Below, piece by piece: positions 37,464-49,914 of a stretch of 64,000 nt of DNA. A model generated the notes under the pieces. The model was not told the DNA's origin, ran no database searches, and saw only the letters and a program-made list of their open reading frames with translations. The first letter of the stretch is position 1. Every line of letters starts with the position of its first letter. The DNA is from Utricularia gibba. Taxonomy: Eukaryota; Plantae; Magnoliophyta. The translations under genes were made by a program, and so were the position numbers. Location of the stretch: the NCBI GenBank assembly GCA_002189035.1, contig NEEC01000002.1, positions 1,860,001 through 1,924,000 on the forward strand, written 5' to 3'.

Positions 37464-37770
37464 GAGCTGTTTGGTAGGGATGTTTTTATTGGGTTTGGTT
37501 TAATATTATACATGTTTGATAGAAATGATTAATTTAAATTCAGATTTAAATTATATACCATTTTTCTAAATTTCTTGGATTTAAACTCAATCCACCCTGT
37601 ATATTTAAAATAAATTGAATATTTTCTATTAAATAAATCATATTATAAATCAGAATTTAAATAAACACACCATCAAACTCGTTTTTATCTAAAAAAGAAT
37701 AAAATTAAACTCAATTCTAAATTTTAATAATTCTATCTTTTATTAATCCAGACCTCCTACCAAACACGTC
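37464..37770. mobile_element. Tourist/PIF-Harbinger-like MITE remnant
   Basis: Imperfect TIRs GAGCTGTTTGGTAGG and CCTACCAAACACGTC around an AT-rich ~300 bp interior. TSD ambiguous. Confidence 0.45.
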
Positions 37771-38948
37771 AAGTTTCCAAGATTCAACCCATCATGAATC
37801 TTTTAACACATTTGATAAGTTGGTTTTGATAAGGTGCACATGTTTCTAAATTCTCATAAAATGATTTATATAAAATTTATTCATTTTTTATAACTCTTTA
37901 TATCAAAATCATAATTCATATAAAATTAAATAGTCATAACGATTTATGAATAAGATGCGAGTATTACAATAATGCATACTTATTTTTGCACAAAATTTCC
38001 GGATCGAATAAGGAAGTAAATTGGCTCCACGTGAATGGGGTTACAAAATAGATACTAGAAAAAAAAATCTTTGAAAAATATTGTAAAAATCAATGAATAA
38101 TAAATAATATACGCCAGTAGGTTTGGCATCTTTTACTTTTAGTTGGGAAAGGCGCACACTCCACCTAACCAAGTGGTCCACCCGAGGCCGACGGGCGGGT
38201 TAGAACCTGACCCATCTCTAAACTGCAGTCCCACACATACATTTTTTTTTTCTTATTTAAATATTTTTGTATTTTTAACTCCAATATATTTCATAGTATA
38301 CGAAATGTATCATTTTTTTTTATTTTTGGCGCAAATTTTGTACAAAATAATAGTTTAATAAAACAACCATTCAATTTTTTGCTTACCAATAGAAATTTAT
38401 TTTATTTTATTGAAGATAAAAAGAATTAAATACCTAAAATCAAATAAAAATTTAGTTAATTATATAATTCTTTAAATTATTAAATGAATATAATATTGCA
38501 TCTATTTAGATTATTAAATATATTAATTATAGCATCTACTTTCATCAATACCTTGTAAATTGTGTATTTTTTTATAAAGATTAATTATTATTTTTTGAAA
38601 TCTTGGATTTCAAATATCACTTATAAGGTAACATTTATATTCATAATAGGATAGTTATTTGGATAAAGACAACACCTCCATCTGATGTTGAGTATATATT
38701 ATTATTATGGGATAAAAGTAATTTATGCAGGTATTTTTAAATTCAGTGGTAGGCTGGAGTCCCACATTGGAATCCTCAGGAGTATTGAATCTGTGACTTG
38801 GCTTTACTTGATTTCCATATAAATAAGTGACTTCAGTAGGACGGACGTTTACTCATTTCGCATCCAGGGGGCTTAGCTTCGATTCCCTTCGATTGACGTG
38901 AACCTTACCCCGAAACTTTTCAATTCTGCACCACTTTTCTCTCTCCAG

Positions 38949-39515
38949 ATGAACCAACGGCACCTCCTCGACGGCGCTACTTCCCCGCCACCGCAGTCGG
39001 CGTCTGGGAACCTCACCTCTCAGCCGCTGGAGACTCTGAACCTCAGCTCCGACGTCGTCGTCATCATTGCTACGCTCTTCTGTGCGGTGATTTGTGTCCT
39101 AGGGCTTGTAGCCGTCTCTCGCTGCGCCTGGATCCGCCGCCTTGGAGGCGACGACTTGGAGTCGCAGTCGTCAACGCGGTCTCCGGCCGCCGCGAACAAA
39201 GGATTGAAGAAGAAAGCGCTCAAGGCGATTCCGAAGCTCATCATCGGCGATGACTCTGCCGCGGCAGCGAAGCTGTCGGAGTGCGCCATTTGTCTGGCTG
39301 ATTTCGAATCCGGAGAGGAGGTTCGGATCCTGCCGCAGTGCGGTCACGGATTCCACGTCGATTGCATCGATACCTGGCTCGGATCTCATTCCTCGTGTCC
39401 GTCCTGCCGCCAGATCCTTGTGGCGACACGGTGTCGGCAGTGCGGGAAAGCCTCTGCCGCGTCCATTCTTCAGCCGATGCCGCGAGAAAGCCACGTAAAC
39501 GCTTTTTTGCCTTAG
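38949..39515 (+). CDS. ATL: RING-H2 E3 ligase of the ATL family (ATL8/ATL80-like)
   Basis: Intronless. TM helix [39 protein letters not shown] motif, and CAICLADF...[29 protein letters not shown]. Confidence 0.93.
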   Translation: MNQRHLLDGATSPPPQSASGNLTSQPLETLNLSSDVVVIIATLFCAVICVLGLVAVSRCAWIRRLGGDDLESQSSTRSPAAANKGLKKKALKAIPKLIIGDDSAAAAKLSECAICLADFESGEEVRILPQCGHGFHVDCIDTWLGSHSSCPSCRQILVATRCRQCGKASAASILQPMPRESHVNAFLP

Positions 39516-40979
39516 CCTCTTTCGATTTCCTCGGTTACACGCTTGAATTGGTGGAATGTAAACAAATCGAAGACGATGACAAAGCTCCTGTACATATATC
39601 TGTGAAGAATTTCTCCAATTTTCAATCCCTGCCTACAGCTTTCAGAATCCCTCCCCAGTGAGGCGTCCCTAAGGCCCATTGGTCTTCTGATTCTGGAGGA
39701 TTCGCTCACGTCTTCTGGAACGACGCTGCACAGAGGTAGATCCTTATCCGCGAGGTACTTTACATGATCATTTCTAGTAGTTCAATCCGGTAATAAATTC
39801 GGATAACGGGGCCCGTGTCTTGCCGACACGAACCCCCCGCTTGCAGTTTTATTTTTTCTCCTTTTGTCTTAGAAAAATGATTTTAAAAAGTGGGCAGGTA
39901 CAAAAAAGGTATGAACTTCGAGAAATATATATATAATACGAAGGAGCTAAACAAACGTGGATAAGAAAGAATTGAATGAATACACTTTTCCATTTTGCAT
40001 TCTCATCTTCTCCATGCCGAGATTGATTCCTTCTTTGGCCTCGTCTATCGTAAAGCTTTGAGCCAGAGTCCACACTCCACAGCATATTTACAAATATTGA
40101 GCTGCTGCTTTTCCATTGAACACATGTTTGGGGACGCTTTGTGTTGGAAAAATGATGATGGCATTTGCTGTAAAAGAAATGGCATTTAAATACATGTAGT
40201 TTATCACGTACACTGAAATATAATATTAATATTAAAAATGATGCTTTTTATCATATATATATATATATAATGATTACTTTTCTAAATATTTGCATGTTAG
40301 AATGCAGGATATATCATCAGTGTAATAAAATGGTGATGCCCTTTTGCTGGAATTGGTAGGCTATTTTTTATAACAATAAATAAAATAAGGATTTAAGTTT
40401 CTTAGCAAGAAATAATTAATTACATTCCCAGCATATTCCCGATGCTGTGTGTTTGGTGGAGTGGAGGAGAAAGGGGGCGAATTGGGAGGAGAAAGGGGAG
40501 TGTGGGCGGGGAGCTTGATCTTGTTTCTCCTCCCAAGCCTGTTTTCTGATGATTTCATGCAACTTTCTTGGAGGGAAGTTGCAACGCCCCCATGGACTGA
40601 ATGGAATGCAAGAGGGTTATTTTGGGAGTCGAAATATTCACTGCATCCTTGTTGCGAGAATCTCTCATGTATCAGCACAGTACAGAGGGTTAATGGAATC
40701 AGGATACATCAAATTTAACAACTAGAGGGGTGGCTTAATGGACATTCTGGCACACCCAAATAGAAGAGTAGAGTAGAGAAGAGAAGAAACGAATCAATCA
40801 TGTAGTGTGTGGGGAATGGGCAAAAAGCAACGATGGAGTTGTATCACGACAAAAGAGTGAGCATGCCTCCAATGTGTGTTCTTTTGATGTTTGTGCAACG
40901 TCATAATGACCCAGTGAGCACATGCGAAGCTGCCCCCATTCAGAGCCCTTTAGAGTTTCAGATGGGAGTATAAATGGAG

Positions 40980-43075
40980 AACCAAATGGATCTGAATAGT
41001 GAAAAGAGTACTTTGTGTTGTTACTAAAGCTGCCTGTGCTTCTTATGGAATCAAATTACCAGCGCACTCTTTGAAGATTCTGAATATGGATGGGATGTGG
41101 TTCTTAAAATAGAGAAACAGTGCAGAAATAACAAAAACAGAGCTCAAAATGCATCAAGGTTGTTGCCTAGTTCTACAGATTCAATAAGATTGCCATCAGA
41201 CACTTTAATCCAACGAGAAAATTGTATTACTGCAACAACTGGTTATTTGAACCAAAACAAAATCTAGAAACACAGCAGAAGGAGGCATAGTGTAAGTGGG
41301 TAGAATAGATCTAATCACCTGAGTGAAGCTCAGTTACTGTAGACGGCTTCATCTGCAAATCATGCTTGTTGCAATGATCTGATAATGCCTTCCTGTGGAC
41401 GGCTGCTCGAGATCTGATTGTATACAATCAGCTCGGACCTAACATAAAGTGGTACGAGTTATCCAAGGGAATCACATCCTTTTCAAAGCACCAAATTGTA
41501 AGGCAAAAGGGCTAAAATCACATGAAGGATGCTATCATCGCTTCCATCTTCCTCTCCTGCATACATCATCAGAAGCAGTCTGATTTAATTCCTAGCTATT
41601 CGAAACAGCAAGCCAGATATGACATATACTGCTTAAATCACACTGTCGAATTGATACTATGAAATGATACTCAAGAGTTCTTGCATTTTTCTTCAGTAGT
41701 ATTTAAGCTTCTCTTTAGAATCGAGAACAAAAAAAAGGTATGCAAACAACATTCTACCATTCCAAAATAGAATACACATTTTTAGCAAGATCAACGTAGA
41801 CGCATGGACAAGCTGATTGAAATTGTCAGTCTCCAGTTTCTTCTAAAAAAAAAAAAAATCCTTCTCGGATCTTTGTGGAACTAGAGTTAACTAGACTAAT
41901 TAAAGAGTAGCAGGATAAAGACAAATGCAGTAAAGAATTGCTGTCCTACAACTCATTCCATGTGAAAGAAAAAAAAACCATTGCAGATCACCTTTGAGGG
42001 CAGCACGTACCTTTTTAATTACCTCATTATCCCGGTCATTGTTATCCAAAGGCTTCTCTTCCCCACGTAGGGGTTTCTGAAAATTATCCACATCAATTTC
42101 TCTCGCAGGTTTTTGATTGATGGCACCGAAACATTTAGCTGGGCAAGAGTGTCAGGTATTTGCAGGTGCATTCACTGGAGCAGGTACAAATTGTTGGCTG
42201 ATGCGTGTACCTGAAGAATCCTGAGCTCTTATGCCAAAATTTTGAGAAGGTACAACAATGACTTGTGAGGAAGTAGCCACAAAGTTGCTCTGCTGAGTGG
42301 TCACTGGAGCGAGACTTATATGTGGTGCTGGAATCTTTGCTGAAGCAGGAGCATATAATGCTGCCCTGACAACATCAGGCGTCAATTCTCTCTTGCAAGC
42401 TTAAGAGCATTACAAAACTCAGGCCGACCAAGAAAACCCACCCGATTCTGGTGTCCAAATGCCTGCATCTGAAACTTAATGGAGACATTAGAGGGATGCC
42501 TGTATGTCTTAATATATAACCGCTCTGATCATCAAAATGAGATAGAAAAAAGACTTGAAAGAGAAGCAAAATGCTGCATATGTCCTCTTCCTCATACGAA
42601 GTTAGTGAAATATGAAAGCAATGAAACCAATCCAAACAACGCTACCCAATAGATCCATTCAATTCAACTTATCAAAACATTGTTGAAAACTTCACATGAA
42701 AGTAAATAATGTCCAAGGCAATCTTGAAGCACGTAGTGATGAATGCATTGCTTGTTAGTCCATAACTCTTAGATGAATCATCGGCAAAGCAGAATGTAAA
42801 GCGATATGAGAATCTGGGTAAGAATAACTCATCCAGAATACGAGGAAGTTTAAAGTGTCAAAACACTTTCACATATTCTATCAGATCAACTTTAGCTAAT
42901 CTGGGACACAAGCCAAGCTCGAATCACAACGAACACACATTCAACAAGGAAAGAAGCCAGCACGGAAACAACCATTTTCTGCAGAACTGATCAACACCTC
43001 GTTAACTTGTAACCTCGGAAGAATGCAACGGCATCAGTTCCACTGATCCCGCATCTCGATCCAAATCAGCCCTCA
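40980..43075 (-). pseudogene. Degenerate EH-domain (AtEH/Pan1, Eps15-like) endocytic adaptor pseudogene
   Basis: Collinear fragments: RADLDRD-RISGTDAVAFFRG (~43073-43010, frameshifted); GFLGRPEFCNALKL..RELTPDVVRAALYAPASAKIPAP (42468-42300, with deletion); LDSKEKLKYY*RKMQEL (~41725-41675); VRADCIQSDLEQ...KPSTVTEL (~41438-41330); SDPFG (~40990). Confidence 0.82.
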
Positions 43076-44903
43076 GTGGCGCCCATTTGCAAAGTTTCCC
43101 CAGCGATTAAAATGGCCGAACCGCGATGCAGAATAGGGGGACTACTTCCGCCGCAAACCAAGTTGACATCAAGTTGGTTCGCGGGAAAATTGAGAATCGA
43201 GTCGAAAGAATTCCGCGGACAGGTTCAGACTCCGCCACAGCCTGATGCCCCCATTTTTTTCGTATTCAAAGCCGATTAGATTCAGAACACGTTCCTGCAA
43301 TTCAGCCCAAATTACAAGTTGATCTAGTGGCACCTGATAGTTGTTCCGGGTGCAGGAGTACATGGGCTTGATCCGCTTCTTCAGAACAACTAAAGTCACC
43401 CCTTTTTTAATGCATCAATTTAGCACTAAACTTCTCTAGTGTCTACAGAACTCCAAGAATACCCAAAGATATTCTTACATCTCAGTTTTAGCACAGGCAG
43501 ATGAGTCCTCATATCTAAAAGATCAGGTTTTGCACCAAATACAATGAAGGGGATTCGCCTTTTAAAGATAGAACTAAGTTCACATTTCCTTCCTGGTGAT
43601 GAAGGTAACACCAACAACAAAGGGAAGGAATGCCTCCCACAATTCAACTTTGCAAGGCCTGATGTCAACTGTGTTCCTAGTTCAGAACCCACGAAGCATT
43701 TACTTATCGTGCAGGAAAAACGACCGGATGAAAATGCCCCTGTCCCTACCCAGCATTTCCCATGACAACAGAGAACATCGGGTTTCTTCTCTGAAACCTG
43801 ACCTGACTGCAAAGACCTTCGACCAGAAAGCACCATGTTCATGGATTTTTCATACGAAAGCATGATGGAAAGATTTTGCAGAAGACCTTCTGAACATATG
43901 TGGGCCCTACATTGACGAGAAAACCTTCTTAACCCAAAATAGCGTGTTTAATATTAATTAATTATATTTCCACCGACACGTAACATAATGATAGAGGCGA
44001 TGGAGATGAGAAAAGGTCGTTCAAGTCCACAGCACACGCCTAGACTTTGGAAAATTTGAACTTGTCCTTGTGCACACAAACTCCAAGACCAAGTCAATTT
44101 TTTTAATTTATAAAAACATGTATTTTAAAATCATATAAATTATCAATATACGCATTATGAAAACCTATTTATTAAATATATAAATACGAATGATATGATT
44201 TTTACTGTAGATTTTATGAAACGAATTGCTCCAAGTAAAATAAATAAGAATATTGAAATAAAAAATAAACATAATTCATATCATATACACACGTTCATTG
44301 AAATAAATTATCCATATACGTGTTTATTTAGGGTGTGTTTGGTAGCATATTATAATTAATAATGTGTTTTGAGTTATTTGTGTTTAGATAAACATGTATT
44401 ATATGATTAAAACTAAATTTTATTTGGTATATAGATTTTGCATATGTACATTTAAAATAATACTATATTTGATAGATATGTCTAAAACAAAAAATTTATA
44501 AATTAAGTTGTTTAACAAAACCTATCTAAAATTTGGTTTTTGCAATATTTAGTTCTAAGTGTTTTACAATAATTTTGTAAAATATTCGTGTATTTTTAAA
44601 TTAGTTCATTAAACATATATTATTATTAACACATAAACCAAGCAATAAAATATTTAATAAGTGTAAACCATTATCACTAAATTATTTAATTTTCTATTTT
44701 TGTATAATGGAAATTATAAGAATACGTGTCTACGGGGGTGAGAGTGCGGGTATTTAAGTGAAGGTGCTGCGGTTCTTCCGAGTTCCTACCGCGGGCCGAC
44801 CAACCGCTTTCATGCGCGTTTCCTCGCTTGTTCTCGGGATCTCTCCTCGGCAAACCCTCGAGGCTCGAGCAGCAAACTTCCGGGAACTGCAGAGGAGCCA
44901 CAG

Positions 44904-46829
44904 ATGGGAAACTGCTGCCCGAAGCCCGTGAACAATCGCCGGGACACCGGAGGGGTCTACTCTCGCAGGGCTCCTGGTAACGAAAATAGTGTTTCTTGTG
45001 CTTCGAATCACGGTCATTTGAGTAGCATCTTTGTGTGTGCTTCGGCCTCCTTTCAGCCCGCGCTAATGGAGTCGTACAAGAGAATCGCACACAGTCACCG
45101 CCTGAAGAAGTTGCTAATGGAGGCGTGGAAGGGAAAATCGTCACTCCTAATCTCAAAATGTTCACGCTGCAGGAGCTCAAAACTGCGGCCAAGGATTTCA
45201 AACCGAATTCTCTTCTAGGAGAGGGCGGATTTGGCCGGGTTTTCAAGGGATTCGTGGACGAAAGGACTCTTGCGCCTTCTAAATTCGGAATTGGAATGCC
45301 GATCGCCATCAAAAAGTCTAATCCTGATAGCGAACAGGGGTTCAAGGAATGGCAGGTAACTATATTTTTTCATCGTCATCTTCATATCACGGAATGAAAC
45401 CTCTGTCAGGGATTATATGCTTCACAGTGGTTTAAAATGATATGAGAACTTGCCCACTTGAGATTTTTGGAGAATCACTTGTTTCAAATTTGTTGGTTTT
45501 GCAGACAGAAGTTAAGTTTCTGGGTAAATTCAGCCACCCAAACCTTGTTAAACTCATAGGTTATTGCTGGGAGGATAACCAGTTCCTCCTTGTCTATGAG
45601 TTCATGGCTAAGGGAAGCTTAGAGAATCACCTATTCAGGGGTAAGTAAAACCATTATAAGGTATAAGGAAATGATATTCGAGTGATGAAGTTACATATGA
45701 AACTGCAGTGGGTAGTGTTGGAGCAGAGACATTGACATGGAAAACAAGAATGAAGATAGCAATTGGTGCAGCTAGAGGGCTAGCGTTTTTGCACTCTACC
45801 CATAAAAAAGTTATCTATAGGGACTTTAAGGCCTCCAATATCTTGTTAGATGAGGTGACGAATGTTTCTTCATTCTTAATATTTGTTGTATTTAATGCTA
45901 TGCTTTCTGATTCTGGAGTTGCCAGGTTTCATATTCTTTGAGTAGCATTCGTTTTCTAGGTTTCAGCTTTTTGGTGATAGAAATCCGACGCAAACTTTCT
46001 GATTTTCAGATTACCAGGTTTCTTACGTTTTTTGTGTGGCATTCTTTCTTCTCATTCTCAGCATGATGATGATAGAAATTGAATGCAAAACATTCTGATT
46101 CTGTAGGTGCCAAGTTTCTGATCTTTTTCTCCGTAGCATCCCTTCAAAAAATCTCAACTTGTACATACTGCACGTTTTCTCGCGTTGTTTCACAGTCTCA
46201 TCCTGCTCTTGATTGTTATGACCATAGGAATTCAATGCAAAACTGTCTGATTTTGGGCTTGCCAAATTTGGTCCAGAGGAGGGAGAATCCCATGTCACAA
46301 CCAGGGTCGTCGGCACAACCGGGTACGCCGCGCCCGAGTACCTTTCCACTGGTAACACTCATTTACAAACCCTTCACTTACTGCGGAAGATCCAAAACAT
46401 GGCGCTGAGTTTGTCTGCGGCACAGGGCATTTGTATGTAAAAAGTGATGTGTACGGGTTCGGAGTGGTTCTGCTAGAAATACTAACCGGGCAGCGAGTGC
46501 TTGACGCGCAGCGGCCGAGCAAGCTGCTGAACCTGCTGGATTGGGCTGTCCCTTGCCTGCGTCAGAAGAGCAAGCTGAAGAAGATAATCGACCCTCGTCT
46601 TCTGGGGCAGTGCCCTTCGAGGGCAGCCTGCGCCACCGCCCAACTCATCCTTGAATGCCTTGAGCAGAACCTCAAGCTTCGCCCCAACATGGACCATGTC
46701 TTGAACACGCTGGAAGACATCAGCTGCATTCCGATGAGGACAAAAACGCCCACTGAAGGCGGCCGCATCGACAGGGTTGCAAACAACACACGCCCACCCC
46801 CTCGATCCGCCCTCTACGGGCCGCCATAA
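44904..46829 (+). CDS. Receptor-like cytoplasmic kinase VII, PIX13/PBL31-32/Cx32-like
   Basis: Exons 44904-44976, 45057-45355, 45505-45640, 45709-45854, 46228-46351, 46426-46829. MGNC acylation motif, [46 protein letters not shown] and [13 protein letters not shown]. Confidence 0.94.
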
Positions 46830-47480
46830 CCAGCCTCCCCTTTGAATGGGGAGGGTTTCATGTGTGACACGAGGGTAAGTTTGCTCTGGACAGATTTGCA
46901 TATTTCTGTTCGTAATCGTTTCATTTTATTTTTAGGGGTGCATTGTAATTGTAATTTTCCTTCCAAAATAAAAAAAATAACGTATTGTATGATCCTGATC
47001 CAAAAAAATTAGATTTTGTCAAATGGGTTTGGTATGGAATTTGTACACTTATTGCATTTTCAAGTAACTATTTTATTTAAGTTTGAGTTTATGGATTTAT
47101 AAGTTAGTTATATAAAATAATAAAAGTGTTCGAATTGCGATTTTAAATTGTTTATTGGGTTGAAGACAAAACACATTTTCTTGTTTTTCATGGGCATATG
47201 TACGAAGTACAAAATTAATATAGACAGTGTCTTAGATAAGAACCCATTTTCGTTTTCATTCTCATTTTCCTGTTTCTTTCATCCTTGAGAACGAACAGCT
47301 TTGAGCTTTGTGCAGATGCATTCTTTGGAAAATGGCAGTTCAAGACAACTATTTCGTCATTTACATTTCAGGTATGTTCCTGGAATCCCATGTGTGTGTT
47401 CCCTTGAGCATCTTTCGGTGTAATATACTTCATTTCTCGTGCAGATTACAGAAACATCCAGTGCAGCTGCCTTGTAAGAC

Positions 47481-49298
47481 TCATCTCATGGTCTTAACAT
47501 TATGTTCGGAGATGACGGACGTTTCATTCGCAACGTCACATTCAAGTGCACTGCTGCTGCTGCAACCTGGAAGCTTCTTTGCTCCAAGACTCACCATCGT
47601 CGATCTTAGCTTCGTTGCATCCTCCCATCTACTTGCTGCTGCGTAAGCGTTGGCTAGCAGCGTCTGACTCCAAGAATCACTGGACTCTACTGCACCAAGT
47701 TGCTTCGCGATACGTTCAGCGACATCAACACTTCCGTAGTTCCTACAAGCACTAAGCAGAGCACCGTATAGTGGGATCACAATCTTGTTCTCTTTACCAG
47801 GAACGCTATTTATGAGCTTTTCAGCTTCATCCAAAAGTCCAGCTCGAGCGAGAAGGTCTACCATGCATCCATAATGCTCCAGCTTCGGCTCTATCTGATA
47901 AGCCTCACTCATTGAGGCAAAATGTCTCCGACCTTCCTCTACTAGCCCTCCATGGTTGCAAGCGCTCAACACACCAATGAACGCTATGTCATCAGGAAAA
48001 ATACCAGCTTCTATCATTTCTGAGAACAACTGTAAAGCCCCAGTTGCATTTCCATTCATAGCCAATGCAAATATCATTGATGTCCATGATGCTGTATCTT
48101 TCTGGTTCATTTGATGAAACACTTGCAATGACTTGTGTAAGCAGCCACATTTGGCATACATCTCAACAACAGCAGTGCCTATCACAGCATCAATTGTAAT
48201 CTTATTTTCTAACAAGTAATCATGAATCCATTCACCTTGTTCTAGAGCCCCTAATTGCGCACAGCCAGTAAGTAATGCCACAAGTGTATATTTGTCTGGC
48301 TTTACCTTCTCCATCTGCATGAGCCTAAACAATTCGAATGCATCATCAATCCTATTAAACTGTACATACCCATTAATCATTGCTGTCCAAAGAACAAGGT
48401 CTCTAACAGGACTACTATCAAACAATGCTCTTGCTCCATCCAAATCACCAATATTTACATATGCAGTGACCATACTAGTCCAGCACGCAACGTCTTTTTC
48501 CTGGTTAGCATCAAATAATCCCCTTGCCATGTCTAGATCCCGACTCTTGGCATACATATCCAACAATGCATTCCTGATTACATTTGTGATTCCGAGATGG
48601 GTAGAGACATACTTGTGAATCTCACGTCCAAGATCAATATTTCTTACAGCTGTGCAAGCAGATAAAGTGCTCACAACTGTGGCCTCATCAGGGAGGATAC
48701 TTGTCTCAGCTCTCATTCTCTTATAAACACCAATAGCCAGCTCAAACCTTCTGTTCTTCACAAGACCAGAAATCAAGACATTCCATGAAATTAAACCTCT
48801 AGTAGGCATTTCATCGAACAGTTTATCTAAGCTCTCAAGGAAACCCAACTCCCCGTACATATCCAAAACCGAAACGCAAACATATTGATCATACAACATC
48901 CCACTCTTCAATGCAAACCCATGAATCGTCTGTCCTTCAAAAACTAACCTTAATCTCCCTAGAGCCTTAAAAACAAAAGGGTAAGTGTAATTATCAGGCC
49001 ACAATCCCTGTACCCGCAATTCGTCGAACAAGAGAAGCGCTTTCTTGCAAATTCCAGAACTCACAAGCGCCTTGATCATCACATTATATATGAACAAGCT
49101 CGGGCGCGCAACTCGCGCTGCAATACGCTCAGCGTACGGCAAATTCTCCATTGCTGTGAAAGCCACCAGCTTGTGTAAAACGTCGATGTTGTCGTGTAGG
49201 CCATGTCGGTAGACCTGAGCGTGGATTTGCAGTAAATGGATCGATGATGCGCATGCTTTCAGGAGATGTATTGCTGAGTTCTTGGTCAATAGAACCAT
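47481..49298 (-). CDS. PLS-class E-subgroup pentatricopeptide repeat protein (resembles At1g31430)
   Basis: Intronless 605 aa ORF with tandem PPR motifs (SWNVLISG, WTAMINGY, MYAKCG) and E-domain features EHYGCMVDLLARAG and KKLPGCS. Confidence 0.94.
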   Translation of the reverse strand: MVLLTKNSAIHLLKACASSIHLLQIHAQVYRHGLHDNIDVLHKLVAFTAMENLPYAERIAARVARPSLFIYNVMIKALVSSGICKKALLLFDELRVQGLWPDNYTYPFVFKALGRLRLVFEGQTIHGFALKSGMLYDQYVCVSVLDMYGELGFLESLDKLFDEMPTRGLISWNVLISGLVKNRRFELAIGVYKRMRAETSILPDEATVVSTLSACTAVRNIDLGREIHKYVSTHLGITNVIRNALLDMYAKSRDLDMARGLFDANQEKDVACWTSMVTAYVNIGDLDGARALFDSSPVRDLVLWTAMINGYVQFNRIDDAFELFRLMQMEKVKPDKYTLVALLTGCAQLGALEQGEWIHDYLLENKITIDAVIGTAVVEMYAKCGCLHKSLQVFHQMNQKDTASWTSMIFALAMNGNATGALQLFSEMIEAGIFPDDIAFIGVLSACNHGGLVEEGRRHFASMSEAYQIEPKLEHYGCMVDLLARAGLLDEAEKLINSVPGKENKIVIPLYGALLSACRNYGSVDVAERIAKQLGAVESSDSWSQTLLANAYAAASRWEDATKLRSTMVSLGAKKLPGCSSSSALECDVANETSVISEHNVKTMR

Positions 49299-49914
49299 CG
49301 ACAGTACGGATAACAGACATGAACGTGAAGAGAAAAACCTTGAGGCAAAAGCAAACGCACAAACCTTTCTGGGCCGCCCATCATCTCAGCAGCCACCATG
49401 GACCATGCCATGTTCAGTCATCAATGGAGGATGCCGGATGGGTTCATGGGCTCCATAGATTTTTTTTTTCATTATAATAAAACGCAATATTATTTTTCTA
49501 TTTTAAAAATTTTTACATTCAACTATTTATTATGAACATTATAGAAATAGAATACATCAATTTAAAAATAAAAGTTTTTACTAGATACATGATAAATAAC
49601 TTTTTATTAAATATAATAATATGATTTCAAATTATTAATTTTTGTAAAATTTTAAAAAACTCAATTCAGCAAATTGACATAAAAATCATTCCTGCATGCA
49701 TGTAAACATTTTCTAGCGTAGCAATAAAAAATTTGACTAGTTAACATTTCAAAGAGAACATTACGTTAACATTTAAGAATTTAGAAGCAAGGGGCATGAA
49801 TGAGGTCATGCTACACTTAAGAGAGGAGGTTAATGAACACAATGGGATGTCCAAACGCTCACCTGGGTGCGTTCGACGGCGTGAGGAGTCGTGAATGCCT
49901 GCCCTCTTGAGTGG

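Noticed and set aside
38759-38825. USE-like GTCCCACATTG followed by TATAAAT, suggesting an snRNA or telomerase RNA promoter
   Set aside because: The USE-TATA gap is ~48 bp, too long for plant Pol II or Pol III snRNA-type promoters. The downstream sequence is the ATL leader, with no snRNA or telomerase template.
44331-44346. Tourist-like left TIR TTA|GGGTGTGTTTGGTAG (similar motif at ~36765)
   Set aside because: No matching right TIR was found, so an element cannot be delimited.
44686-45345. 219-aa minus-strand ORF and other long antisense ORFs over STP, MYB, ATL, RLCK and ERF
   Set aside because: These are shadow frames of GC-rich coding regions with no independent motifs.
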